DNA of 64,000 nt, taken from the NCBI GenBank assembly GCA_040386315.1, contig JAZKFS010000017.1, positions 19,251 to 83,250 on the forward strand. Reading direction: 5' to 3'. Positions 39,613 to 49,498 of this stretch are shown here, piece after piece; the stretch's first letter is position 1, and each line of letters starts with the position of its first letter. The position numbers and the translations under genes were made by a program. The notes beneath the pieces were generated by a model. That model worked only from the letters and a program-made list of their open reading frames with translations, made no database searches and was not told where the DNA came from. This DNA is from Bacteroidota bacterium. Its GTDB lineage: Bacteria; Bacteroidota; Ignavibacteria; Kapaibacteriales; DASPKH01.

Positions 39613-41091
39613 TTATTTTATCCTGGATATTTCACGTTTCACCTGTTTCTGCAAATATTCTTCCTGTTCAAAATCTTTAAAAGAAGCCGCCTTTTCAAAA
39701 CTTGAAAGTGCGGCTTCTTTATTGCCGCTTTTTACCTGAGCCAGGCCAAGTCTGTAATACGAAAACGGTGTCACCCAAACATCATCTTCCGGTTTTAAAA
39801 CCGTTGCTTTTAAAAACCTTTTTTCCGCTTCCGCAAAACTTCCTTTTTCAAAAAATGCTCGTCCGGCAATATATTCCAGCCGCGCTTTGATGTTATCCGG
39901 AAAATTACTTTTTAAAGGTTCATTTGTCGAAGAAATCGCTTCATCATAATCACCAGCACGAAAAAAATTATCCGCTTTTACAACTGCAATGTCACCCGAC
40001 GTCATCGGCTTTTTTAAAAGCTTTTTCACATCATCGCGTTCCGCTGCTTTTTGATAATAATTGACAGCGCCTACACGATTTCCCGAAATTTCCAGCATCA
40101 TGCCAAGCTGAATATTTGCCTCGCGGACGAGATTTACATTAGAATTATCAACTATCACCTTTTTTAAAAACTCTGACGATTCTGCATAATTATTTTTAAA
40201 AAAGTGTGCTACGCCAAGTCCGAAATTTGCCTGAACATTTAATTTCGCACGTTCCGGCTGCGGGATTTCATTTATAATGAGGAGAATTTTCTGCCCCTGC
40301 ATAATCGCCTCATCACTTTTTCTCATTTGAAAAAGCAGCAATTGCGCCAATTGAAGCCGAAACCAGCCATTTTTCGGAAACTGTGTGACAAGCGCACTTA
40401 AATGACTTTGCGCACGCGGAAAATTCTCCTCGCTCTGGTAAAAAGATGCCAGCCACGCACGCGCTTCAGGTTTGCTATAAATACCATTCGCAGCTGCAAA
40501 TTCCAACTGGCGCAAACCTTTCGCACGGTCGCCGGAAAGCCCTGCAAGCGAGAGAGCAGGTTTTAAAAAAGGGGGTGCTTGCGAGATCAAGTATTGAAAA
40601 AGCCCCAAACCCATTTTTGCATCAGCATTCGACGAATCTGCCTCAAGCGCATCTTCCAAAAAGCCAACAGCTTTTTTACCGTCAGAAACCGCATCGAGAT
40701 GTTTTTCAGCCTTATAATGTAAAAGTCCGCGATAGCCGAGAATTCCACCCATATAGAACATCGCGCGTGAGTCTTTCCCGTTATTTTTTAAAAGCTTCGC
40801 ACAAACCTGCTCGACCTGCTGCGATGTTTTTAAAAACGCTTTGTAATCCGCATCATCGCCCGCATTGCTAAAGCGTGTATAATACACCATCGCTTTATAG
40901 AAATACCCACGCGGCTCGCCCGGCGCTTGCTTTATTACGTCATTGCAGCCCGCTTCGGCTTCGGCGTAGCGCAGATTATACAGGTCGTCAATTGCCGCTG
41001 CCGTCGTTGAGTGGACTTTTGCCCAGTCAATCGTTTGTGCAACGGCGGGAGTTTTTAAAAGGAGAAATATGGCGAGAAGGAGGAATTTCAT
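39613..41091 (-). CDS. Secreted TPR-repeat protein
   Basis: Signal peptide; multiple TPR-like helices. Confidence 0.65.
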   Translation of the reverse strand: MKFLLLAIFLLLKTPAVAQTIDWAKVHSTTAAAIDDLYNLRYAEAEAGCNDVIKQAPGEPRGYFYKAMVYYTRFSNAGDDADYKAFLKTSQQVEQVCAKLLKNNGKDSRAMFYMGGILGYRGLLHYKAEKHLDAVSDGKKAVGFLEDALEADSSNADAKMGLGLFQYLISQAPPFLKPALSLAGLSGDRAKGLRQLEFAAANGIYSKPEARAWLASFYQSEENFPRAQSHLSALVTQFPKNGWFRLQLAQLLLFQMRKSDEAIMQGQKILLIINEIPQPERAKLNVQANFGLGVAHFFKNNYAESSEFLKKVIVDNSNVNLVREANIQLGMMLEISGNRVGAVNYYQKAAERDDVKKLLKKPMTSGDIAVVKADNFFRAGDYDEAISSTNEPLKSNFPDNIKARLEYIAGRAFFEKGSFAEAEKRFLKATVLKPEDDVWVTPFSYYRLGLAQVKSGNKEAALSSFEKAASFKDFEQEEYLQKQVKREISRIK

Positions 41092-41286
41092 TAGAAGAAT
41101 ATTTATTAAAAACCCTTTGGAAAATATCTGAACTCGAATTTATGGAATTTGTAGAATTATAAGAATTTTAAAATCAATTCAATGGAGAATTCAAGTAATT
41201 CGGTAATTCCAAAAATTCCAGTTCAGACAAAAAAAGCCGAAGTTTAAAAAAACTCCGGCTTTTAAGAATCCTCAAAAACCAAAACC

Positions 41287-42402
41287 TTAATTCAACGACG
41301 GCTCAGTTTCTTTATACGGCATGTCAAACGCTTCAGCAACTGCTTTGTACACGATATCGCCGCCAACAACATTCAGGCCATAATACAATTCTTTGTTGTC
41401 GCGTGTTGCAGCTTCCCAGCCTTTGTTTGCAAGTTGAAGTGCGTATGGAAGAGTTGCGTTTGTAAGCGCAATAGTCGAAGTGTAAGGCACCGCGCCCGGC
41501 ATATTCGCCACGCAATAGTGAACCACGTCGTCCACAACGTATGTCGGGTTTTCGTGCGTGGTCGGCTTGCAGGTTTCGATACAGCCGCCCTGGTCAACCG
41601 ATACATCCACAACAACGCTGCCTTTTTTCATGTCGCCAAGCATTTCGCGCGTCACAAGATACGGAGCTTTCGCGCCCGGAATCAGAACCGCGCCAATCAC
41701 CAAATCGGCATCTTTTAAAGCCGCGCGGATGTTCGCAGGCGTGGACATAATGGTGTTCACATTTTTCGGCATCACATCATCGAGGTAGCGCAGGCGATAC
41801 AGGTTATTGTCAAAAATCGAAACATTCGCGCCAAAACCAGCCGCGATTTTCGCTGCATTCGTACCAACGATACCGCCGCCAAGCACCATTACGTTCGCCG
41901 GCTGCGTTCCCGGAACGCCACCAAGCAATACGCCACGTCCGCCCATCGTGCGCTCAAGATACTTCGCGCCTTCCTGCGGGGCCATACGTCCGGCCACTTC
42001 ACTCATCGGAATCAAAAGTGGAAGCGAACCGTCAGGGCGCATTACCGTTTCGTACGCAATCGCGATACATTTCGACGCCACCATCGCCTCAGTCAGAGGG
42101 CGCGACGCCGCAAAGTGGAAATACGTAAACAAAATCTGGCCTTCACGGATCAGGTTATATTCCGGCTCAATCGGCTCCTTCACTTTCATAATCATTTCCG
42201 CCTGAGCGAAAACTTCCGCCGCACTTTTCACGATTTCCGCGCCGACAGCACGATAATCATCATCTTCATAGCCCGAGCCAACGCCCGCGTGCGTTTCTAC
42301 CAGCACTGTATGTCCGTTCTTCTGAAGCAAGTCCGCACCGCCCGGCGTAAGGGCTACACGGTTCTCGTTCGTTTTAATCTCGCGAGGAACTCCGATAATC
42401 AT
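41287..42402 (-). CDS. ald: Alanine dehydrogenase
   Basis: MIIGVPREIKTNENRVALTPGG…, NAD motif VMVLGGGIVGTNAAKIAAGFGANVSIFD; 371 aa. Confidence 0.9.
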   Translation of the reverse strand: MIIGVPREIKTNENRVALTPGGADLLQKNGHTVLVETHAGVGSGYEDDDYRAVGAEIVKSAAEVFAQAEMIMKVKEPIEPEYNLIREGQILFTYFHFAASRPLTEAMVASKCIAIAYETVMRPDGSLPLLIPMSEVAGRMAPQEGAKYLERTMGGRGVLLGGVPGTQPANVMVLGGGIVGTNAAKIAAGFGANVSIFDNNLYRLRYLDDVMPKNVNTIMSTPANIRAALKDADLVIGAVLIPGAKAPYLVTREMLGDMKKGSVVVDVSVDQGGCIETCKPTTHENPTYVVDDVVHYCVANMPGAVPYTSTIALTNATLPYALQLANKGWEAATRDNKELYYGLNVVGGDIVYKAVAEAFDMPYKETEPSLN

Positions 42403-42510
42403 TGGTATTCTCTTTTAAAATGGTTTTTAAAAACGGTGTCTAAAAATCAGAATTCAAAAATACAAAATGTTTTTAAAAGCCGCTTTTAAAAAAGAAAATT
42501 TAGGTTCCCT

Positions 42511-42556
42511 GACCTACATCATTCCACCAATTGTGGGCGGCCACCCTTGCCGTCCC
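42511..42556. repeat. Family-D repeat (tcattcc…tgggcgg(c/t)cacccttgccgtcc) followed by a T-run
   Basis: Second copy at 51914-51959, directly downstream of argH. Confidence 0.6.
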
Positions 42557-42635
42557 ACCACCTGTTTTGAAAAGAAATTAAGATTTTTAAAAACCTGTTT
42601 TGGAATTGCATTCTTATATTACAACCCAGTAATAC

Positions 42636-42767
42636 TGTCATTCCGGCTTGTCCGGAATCTTCAAATAATGCCTAAAGACAATTTGTTTTAAAACTATTGC
42701 AGAAGGGCAAGTAGCCTTTAACAACGCCTAGCGCCGATGAAGAAGATTCCGGACAAGCCAGAATGAC
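42636..42767. repeat. Family-A palindromic element, copy 2 (longer centre)
   Basis: Arms gtcattccggcttgtccggaatcttc / gaagattccggacaagccagaatgac. Confidence 0.7.
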
Positions 42768-43233
42768 TATTTTTTTGCATCAATATATTTAAAACCAAAA
42801 TCAAAAAAACTTTTTAAAAACTGAAACTTGAAAAACATTCACTTCTGTTACAATAAATACGCCAAAAAAAAGTTTATTCACTTCCTGAAAAAAAACAGCG
42901 CGATTACAAATTTTTTGTGCAGTTTTGCACCCGAAAATTTTCTCAGCTGTCAAAGCAGGATTTACTCCAAAAATCAACTGAAATGAAAAAAAACAAGTCT
43001 GCAATTGCGACCGGCTTCTCATTCTTTTTTAAAAGAATCGCCGCCTTGTTTTCTGCTCCCGCCCCGGGATTAGTTTTTGTCCCTGTCCGAAGACAGTTCC
43101 ACAGCCGACGTTGATAGCGTAGCTGTGTAGCCCGGTCATCCATTTTCTGCGTTTTAAAAGCGCGGAATTCCTTACAATTCAACATTACTTTAAAAAAAAC
43201 TCCGTCGGCTGCGGCTGATGGCGAATATATATT

Positions 43234-43935
43234 TTGTATTCAATGCACAACGACCAATATATTGTGCGTGTGGCCGAAAGCGGCGATGCGCATTTTGCAG
43301 AATTGATTTGTGATGAGATGGCTTCATCGGCGCAGGCGCGCGGCACAGGTATCGCGCGGCGAAATCCCGAGTACGTCGCCCAGAAAATGAACGAAGGAAA
43401 AGCCGTCATCGCGCTCACGGACAAGGGCGAATGGGCAGGATTTTGCTATATCGAAACGTGGGAAGGCCAGTACGTAGCGAATTCCGGACTGATCGTCGCG
43501 CCGCAATTCCGCAAAAGCGGCTTAGCAAAACGCATTAAGGAAAAAGTGTTTGAGCTGTCACGCCAGAAATATCCCGATGCGAAAATATTTGGTTTGACAA
43601 CCGGACTTGCCGTAATGAAAATTAATTCCGATCTCGGCTACGAACCCGTCACATACTCCGAGCTGACGGACGATGAAGCATTCTGGGCGGGTTGCAAAAG
43701 CTGTGTGAATTACGAAATTCTCATGAGCAAAGACCGCAAAAACTGCCTTTGCACAGCCATGCTCTATGACCCGAAAGACCATTACGAACCGGCAGAAACG
43801 AAGGCGCATTTTGAAAAGAAAACAAAGTTTTTCGAGCGGCTGCTGGCGCTGAAGCAAAGTAAATTCCTGCGCCCGTTTTTTAAAGGAGACAGCGATTTGA
43901 AGTCAATTTTTAAAATCTTTTTAAAACCTTTTTAA
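43234..43935 (+). CDS. GNAT-family N-acetyltransferase at the head of the arginine operon (ArgA-like role proposed)
   Basis: Acetyl-CoA-binding motif (…APQFRKSGLAKRI…) and its position before argG, as in Bacteroidetes. Confidence 0.6.
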   Translation: MYSMHNDQYIVRVAESGDAHFAELICDEMASSAQARGTGIARRNPEYVAQKMNEGKAVIALTDKGEWAGFCYIETWEGQYVANSGLIVAPQFRKSGLAKRIKEKVFELSRQKYPDAKIFGLTTGLAVMKINSDLGYEPVTYSELTDDEAFWAGCKSCVNYEILMSKDRKNCLCTAMLYDPKDHYEPAETKAHFEKKTKFFERLLALKQSKFLRPFFKGDSDLKSIFKIFLKPF

Positions 43936-43959
43936 AAAATATTAAGACTGAAGTTTTAA

Positions 43960-44074
43960 AATTCCCCTCCTCGGAGGGGTGCCCATCGGGTGGGGAGGGT
44001 TCCCGCGAAAGAAGGGCGTGATAGCTGACGCAAACCCTCCCCGGCTTGCAGCCGCCCCTCCGAGGAGGGGAATT
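43960..44074. repeat. Family-B nested palindromic element, copy 2, inserted between the GNAT gene and argG
   Basis: Same termini as 14176-14289. Confidence 0.75.
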
Positions 44075-44121
44075 GACGTAGTCAACTTTTAAAAAAAACA
44101 ACGCACACTTTTTAAAAACAA

Positions 44122-45318
44122 ATGAAAAAAATAGTTCTTGGTTTTAGCGGCGGCCTCGATACGTCGTATTGCGCGAAATGGCTCAGCGAGCAGGGGCATG
44201 AAGTTCACAGCATCGTGGTGAATACGGGTGGTTTTTCGGCAGAGGAATTGCAGAAAATCGAAGCGCACGCGTATAAGCTCGGCGTGAAAACGCACACGGC
44301 ATTTGACGCAGTCGAGGGCTATTACGACCGCATCGTGCGCTACCTCATTTACGGGAATGTTTTAAAAAATAGCACGTACCCGTTGAGCGTGAGCGCCGAA
44401 CGCCTGAGCCAGGCCATCCACATCGCCGAGCACGCCAAAAATCTGAACGCCGACGCCGTCGCGCACGGAAGCACAGGCGCAGGGAACGACCAGGTGCGGT
44501 TTGACATGATCTTTCACATCATGATTCCCGGCGTGGAAATCATTACGCCAATCCGCGATTTCAAGCTGAGCCGCGAGGAGGAAATCGGGTTTTTAAAAAG
44601 CCACGGCGTGGAAATGAATTTTGAAAAAGCCGCATATTCCATCAACAAAGGCCTGTGGGGAACGAGCATCGGCGGGAAGGAAACGCTCAATTCAAACGGC
44701 GCGCTGCCGGAAGAAGCGTGGCCGACGCAGGTTTCAAAAAGCGACAGCAAGGCGGTGAAATTATCTTTTAAAAAGGGTGAATTAATCGCGATTGACGACA
44801 AAAAATTTCCGCATCCGGTTGGCGCAATTCAGCATTTGCAGGAGCTCGCCGGCAGCTACGGCATCGGCCGCGACATCCACATCGGCGACACGATTATCGG
44901 CATCAAAGGCCGCGTTGGCTTTGAAGCTGCCGCGCCGATGGTGATTTTAAAAGCGCACCACGCACTCGAAAAGCACGTTCTCACGAAGTGGCAGCTGAAC
45001 TGGAAGGACACGCTGGCGCAATTCTACGGCAACTGGCTGCACGAAGGGCAAATCCTTGACCCCGTCATGCGCGACATCGAAGCGTTTTTAAAAAGCTCGC
45101 AGGAAAATGTGACGGGCGACGTGTTCGTGCTGCTGCAACCGTACCGTTTTCAAATTACGGGCATCGAATCCGACTACGACCTGATGAGCGGGAAATTCGG
45201 CAAATACGGCGAAATGAACAGCGGCTGGACGGGTGAAGACGTTCGCGGATTCAGCAAAATTTTTGGCAATCAAACGGCGATTTACCAGCAGGTAAAGGAA
45301 AGTGCGCGTGAAAATTAA
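44122..45318 (+). CDS. argG: Argininosuccinate synthase
   Basis: PP-loop AFSGGLDTS at the N-terminus; 398 aa. Confidence 0.9.
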   Translation: MKKIVLGFSGGLDTSYCAKWLSEQGHEVHSIVVNTGGFSAEELQKIEAHAYKLGVKTHTAFDAVEGYYDRIVRYLIYGNVLKNSTYPLSVSAERLSQAIHIAEHAKNLNADAVAHGSTGAGNDQVRFDMIFHIMIPGVEIITPIRDFKLSREEEIGFLKSHGVEMNFEKAAYSINKGLWGTSIGGKETLNSNGALPEEAWPTQVSKSDSKAVKLSFKKGELIAIDDKKFPHPVGAIQHLQELAGSYGIGRDIHIGDTIIGIKGRVGFEAAAPMVILKAHHALEKHVLTKWQLNWKDTLAQFYGNWLHEGQILDPVMRDIEAFLKSSQENVTGDVFVLLQPYRFQITGIESDYDLMSGKFGKYGEMNSGWTGEDVRGFSKIFGNQTAIYQQVKESAREN

Positions 45319-46285
45319 AGCAGGAATCATCGGCGGCGCGGGCTACACAGGCGGCGAACTTTTGCGGCTTTTGTTGCGGCATCCGAATGCAGAAATCGCG
45401 TTTATTCAGAGCACGAGCAATGCGGGGAAATTCGTGCACGACGTTCATCACGACCTTTTTGGTGAAACCGAACTGCGGTTTTTAAAAGAATTCTCAAATG
45501 ATATTGACGTGCTTTTTCTCTGTGCCGGACATGGCGCGGCGCGGGAGTTTTTAAAAGAAAATGAGATTAATGAGAATATTAAAATCATTGACCTTTCGCA
45601 CGATTTTCGTTTAAAAAATGCATCGCAAATTGGTAATCGAACATTCGTTTATGGGTTGCCGGAATTGCAAAAAGATGGAATTGCGCAAGCGAAAAATATC
45701 GCAAATCCGGGCTGTTTTGCAACGTCGATTCAGCTTGGGCTGCTGCCGCTTGCGAAAGCCGGGCTTTTAAAAGAAGTGTACACGACGGGCATTACGGGTT
45801 CGACCGGCGCGGGACAAAGCCTGAGCGCGACGTCGCACTTCAGCTGGCGCGCGAATAATATCCAGGCGTACAAAACGCTTGCGCACCAGCACATCGCCGA
45901 GATCCACGAGTCTTTAAAAACGCTCATGCCGAACGGCGAACCTGCCGTGAATTTTGTGCCGTGGCGCGGCGATTTTGCACGGGGAATTTATGCGAGCTCA
46001 ATTGTGGAAAGTGATTTGTCTTTAAAAGACGCGAATGAACTGTATCACGAGTTTTTTAAAAACGCTGCGTTCACACATTTTAGCGAAAGAATGATTGATT
46101 TGAAGCAGGTCGTGAACACGAATAAATGCCTGATTCACATCGAAAAACAAGGCAACAAACTCGCGGTTCATTCAGCAATTGACAATCTTTTAAAAGGCGC
46201 GTCGGGACAGGCTGTGCAGAATATGAACCTGATGTTCGGCATTGGCGAAACGGCAGGCTTGCTTTTAAAAGCGAGTGCATTTTAA
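45302..46285 (+). CDS. argC: N-acetyl-gamma-glutamyl-phosphate reductase
   Basis: GIIGGAGYTGGELLRLL Rossmann motif; catalytic Cys region (NPGCFATS). Confidence 0.9.
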   Translation: MRVKIKAGIIGGAGYTGGELLRLLLRHPNAEIAFIQSTSNAGKFVHDVHHDLFGETELRFLKEFSNDIDVLFLCAGHGAAREFLKENEINENIKIIDLSHDFRLKNASQIGNRTFVYGLPELQKDGIAQAKNIANPGCFATSIQLGLLPLAKAGLLKEVYTTGITGSTGAGQSLSATSHFSWRANNIQAYKTLAHQHIAEIHESLKTLMPNGEPAVNFVPWRGDFARGIYASSIVESDLSLKDANELYHEFFKNAAFTHFSERMIDLKQVVNTNKCLIHIEKQGNKLAVHSAIDNLLKGASGQAVQNMNLMFGIGETAGLLLKASAF

Positions 46286-46292
46286 AAGACAT

Positions 46293-46320
46293 GATTCGTA
46301 AATCGTGATTCGTAAATCGT
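46293..46320. repeat. Tandem 14-mer gattcgtaaatcgt x2 between argC and argD
   Basis: Seen directly. Confidence 0.6.
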
Positions 46321-46389
46321 CTTTAAAAACTCTGCGAACTCAATTTCTTAAACTCCGCGCACTCTGCGTGAAGCCTTTAAAACAAAAAC

Positions 46390-47550
46390 ATGAAACCATT
46401 TGACGTATATCCATTATTTGACATCGAGCCGGTGCGCGCGCTGGGGTCTCAATTGTGGGACAAGAACGGGCAGCAATACCTCGACCTCTACGGCGGGCAC
46501 GCGGTAATTTCCATCGGGCATTCTCACCCGCATTATGTTGCGAAAATGACGGAGCAATTGAACAATATCGCGTTTTATTCCAACTCTGTGAAAATCCCGC
46601 TTCAGAATGAACTGGCTTTAAAACTCGGTGAAATGTCGGGCTACACGGATTACGATTTATTCCTCTGCAATTCCGGTGCGGAAGCGAACGAAAATGCTTT
46701 AAAGCTGGCGTCATTTCACAATAAGCGCAAAAAAATTATCGCTTTTAAAAAGTCGTTCCACGGGCGCACGTCGCTGGCTGTGGCGGCGACGGATGATGCG
46801 AAAATCGTGTCGCCGGTGAATGAAACGGAGAACGTGATTTTCCTTCCGCTGAATGACGAAGTGCTTTTAAAAGAATATCTGACCGAGGAAATCTGCGCGG
46901 TAATAATTGAAGGAATCCAGGGCGTTGGCGGCATTCAAATTCCAAATACAAGCTTTTTAAAACTCTTGCGCGAACTATGCGATAAAACCGGTGCAGTAAT
47001 GATTTTGGACGAAGTTCAATCCGGCTACGGGCGTTCCGGTAAGTTTTTCGCACATCAATATGCCGATGTAAAACCGGATTTAATCACAATTGCGAAAGGA
47101 ATGGGAAATGGCTTTCCCGTTGGCGGCGTGCTGATAGCGCCGAAATTTGAAGCGAAGCACGGATTGCTGGGCACGACGTTTGGCGGGAATTACCTCGCGT
47201 GCGCGGCAGCGATTGCCGTTCTGGAGGTAATTGAGCAGGAAAATCTTTTAAAAAATGCGCTCGACATGGGGGCTTACCTGATGGACGAAATCCGCAGTTT
47301 TAAAAATGTGAAGGAAGTGCGTGGGCTTGGGCTGATGATTGGTATTGAGCTGGAGGTGCCGTGCGCGCCGATTCGCAACGAGCTTTTAAAAACTCACAAA
47401 ATTTTCACCGGTTCATCTTCGGACAAAAATACGCTGCGTATCTTGCCCGCACTTAATCTTTTAAAAAGCGATGCAGATATTTTTCTCGCAGCTTTTAAAA
47501 ACGTTTTACAAACGATTTCAACAACAGAAAACGCGGCGGTGCAATTATGA
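46390..47550 (+). CDS. argD: Acetylornithine (or succinylornithine) aminotransferase, class-III PLP enzyme
   Basis: …DEVQSGYGRSGKFFA… PLP-lysine region; stop TGA overlaps the next ATG (ATGA). Confidence 0.85.
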   Translation: MKPFDVYPLFDIEPVRALGSQLWDKNGQQYLDLYGGHAVISIGHSHPHYVAKMTEQLNNIAFYSNSVKIPLQNELALKLGEMSGYTDYDLFLCNSGAEANENALKLASFHNKRKKIIAFKKSFHGRTSLAVAATDDAKIVSPVNETENVIFLPLNDEVLLKEYLTEEICAVIIEGIQGVGGIQIPNTSFLKLLRELCDKTGAVMILDEVQSGYGRSGKFFAHQYADVKPDLITIAKGMGNGFPVGGVLIAPKFEAKHGLLGTTFGGNYLACAAAIAVLEVIEQENLLKNALDMGAYLMDEIRSFKNVKEVRGLGLMIGIELEVPCAPIRNELLKTHKIFTGSSSDKNTLRILPALNLLKSDADIFLAAFKNVLQTISTTENAAVQL

Positions 47551-48500
47551 GAAATTTCACAAGTGTAAAAGATGTGGCGGACGTAAACGCGCTCGTAGAG
47601 GAGGCAATCGCCATCAAGCGCTATCCGAACGCGAATCATGACCTCGGGCGCAATAAAACGCTCGGGCTGATATTTATGAATCCCAGCCTACGCACGCGCC
47701 TAAGCACTCAAAAAGCCGCGATGAACCTTGGCATGAACGTGATGGTGATGAACATGGACAAGGAAGGCTGGGCGCTGGAATTTGGCGACGGCGCGGTGAT
47801 GAACGGCACGACCGTGGAGCACATCAAGGACGCGGCGGCGACGATGGGACAGTACTGCGACGTGCTCGGCATCCGCTGTTTCCCGCTTTTAAAAGACCGC
47901 GCGGAGGATTATTCTGAAACGATGCTGAATAAATTTATCAAATACAGTAATGTGCCGGTTGTGAGCCTGGAGTCCGCCACGCTGCACCCGCTGCAAAGCT
48001 TTACCGACCTCATCACCATCCGCGAAAACTGGCAGGAGGCGCGTAAACCGAAGGTCGTTCTCACGTGGGCGCCGCATGTGAAGGCGCTTCCGCAGGCGGT
48101 TTCCAATTCATTTTCGGAATGGATGTGCCGCGCTGATGTGGACTTTACGATCACGCATCCTGAAGGTTTGGAACTGGACGAACAATTCACACAGGGCGCG
48201 AAAATCGAGCACGACCAGCACGTCGCGCTTGAAGGTGCCGATTTTATTTACGTAAAAAACTGGTCGTCTTTTAAAGAATACGGAAAAGTGGTGACGGGGC
48301 ATGACGACTGGCTGCTGAATAACGAAAAAATCGCGCACACGAACGCCGCAAAAATCATGCACTGTCTCCCCGTTCGCCGGAATGTGGAACTGACGGACGA
48401 GCTACTCGACAGCCCGCAGTCGCTTGTTTTAAAAGAAGCGGGAAATAGGTTGTACGCGGCACAGGCGGTTTTAAAAAATATTCTCATGGGCCTGCAATAG
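47547..48500 (+). CDS. argF: N-acyl-L-ornithine carbamoyltransferase (ArgF'; acetyl- or succinyl-ornithine specific)
   Basis: Carbamoyl-phosphate motif SLRTR, HCLP motif near the C-terminus; position within the Bacteroidetes-type arg operon. Confidence 0.75.
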   Translation: MRNFTSVKDVADVNALVEEAIAIKRYPNANHDLGRNKTLGLIFMNPSLRTRLSTQKAAMNLGMNVMVMNMDKEGWALEFGDGAVMNGTTVEHIKDAAATMGQYCDVLGIRCFPLLKDRAEDYSETMLNKFIKYSNVPVVSLESATLHPLQSFTDLITIRENWQEARKPKVVLTWAPHVKALPQAVSNSFSEWMCRADVDFTITHPEGLELDEQFTQGAKIEHDQHVALEGADFIYVKNWSSFKEYGKVVTGHDDWLLNNEKIAHTNAAKIMHCLPVRRNVELTDELLDSPQSLVLKEAGNRLYAAQAVLKNILMGLQ

Positions 48501-48543
48501 TTTTAAAAAATCAGGTTGTTTGACTTTTAAAATCATTTTCCTT

Positions 48544-48678
48544 CTTCATACTGAGCCCCGTCGAAGTATGAAGACGTCAGAAGATCGCGGTAGTTTTTAA
48601 AAGGTTCGTTGTCTTCATTGAACCTGTGTGGAAATTTCGTACTTCGACAGGCTCAGTATGAAATTTTGGAATTGTTTT
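48544..48678. repeat. Family-C palindromic element, copy 2, inserted between argF' and argB
   Basis: Same arms as 14301-14430. Confidence 0.75.
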
Positions 48679-48703
48679 AAAAAGACTTTAATAGATAATC
48701 TGA

Positions 48704-49498
48704 ATGGAAAAACTCTACGTTGTAAAAATCGGCGGAAATGTCATTGATGACGAAAATTTGCTGCACAGTTTTTTAAAAGAATTCGCGGCAATTCCCGGCA
48801 AGAAAATCCTCGTTCACGGCGGCGGAAAAGTAGCTTCGGAGCTTGGCAAAAAGCTCGGCATTGAACCGAAAATGGTAGATGGGCGGCGCATTACAGATGC
48901 TGAAACACTTGACGTTGTTGTGATGGTGTATGCGGGACTTTTAAACAAAAAAGTTGTTGCACAGCTACAGGCGAATTCATGTGATGCAATCGGACTGAGC
49001 GGTGCGGACGGAAATTGCATTACAGCAGAAAAGCGCAAAATAAAGGACATTGATTACGGTTTTGTCGGCGATATTCTTGCTGAAAAAATCAACACGGAAT
49101 TTTTTAAAAATCTGCTTTTAAAAAACATTACGCCGGTTATGTCGCCGATAATGCACGACGGCAGTGGGCAATTGCTCAATACAAATGCCGACACGGTTGC
49201 GTCTGCGCTTGCTATTGCGCTGACGAAATTGTACGAAGTGCAGCTCATATATTGCTTTGAAAAACGCGGCGTTTTAAAAGATGTGGACGATGAAAATTCG
49301 CTGATTGCGCAGATAACGAAAAGTGAATACGACGTTTTAAAACGTGACGGCGTTGTTTCAAAAGGGATGATCCCAAAGCTGGACAATGCGTTTGATGCGA
49401 TTGAAAAAGGCGTGAAAAGTGTGGTAATTGGTGATGCAAAATTTTTAAAAAGTATGATTGAGCAAAATGAAAATGCAGCAACAAAACTTGTCGCCTGA
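48704..49498 (+). CDS. argB: Acetylglutamate kinase
   Basis: VVKIGG…VHGGG amino-acid-kinase motifs. Confidence 0.9.
   Translation: MEKLYVVKIGGNVIDDENLLHSFLKEFAAIPGKKILVHGGGKVASELGKKLGIEPKMVDGRRITDAETLDVVVMVYAGLLNKKVVAQLQANSCDAIGLSGADGNCITAEKRKIKDIDYGFVGDILAEKINTEFFKNLLLKNITPVMSPIMHDGSGQLLNTNADTVASALAIALTKLYEVQLIYCFEKRGVLKDVDDENSLIAQITKSEYDVLKRDGVVSKGMIPKLDNAFDAIEKGVKSVVIGDAKFLKSMIEQNENAATKLVA

Noticed and set aside
41333-42489. Multiple overlapping 60-130-aa ORFs within and antisense to ald
   Set aside because: ald is intact and highly conserved; the others are GC-rich shadow ORFs
46080-46292. 70-aa minus-strand ORF starting at the ATG embedded in the tandem 14-mer after argC
   Set aside because: Runs antisense through the conserved 3' end of argC; kept only as part of the tandem-repeat observation
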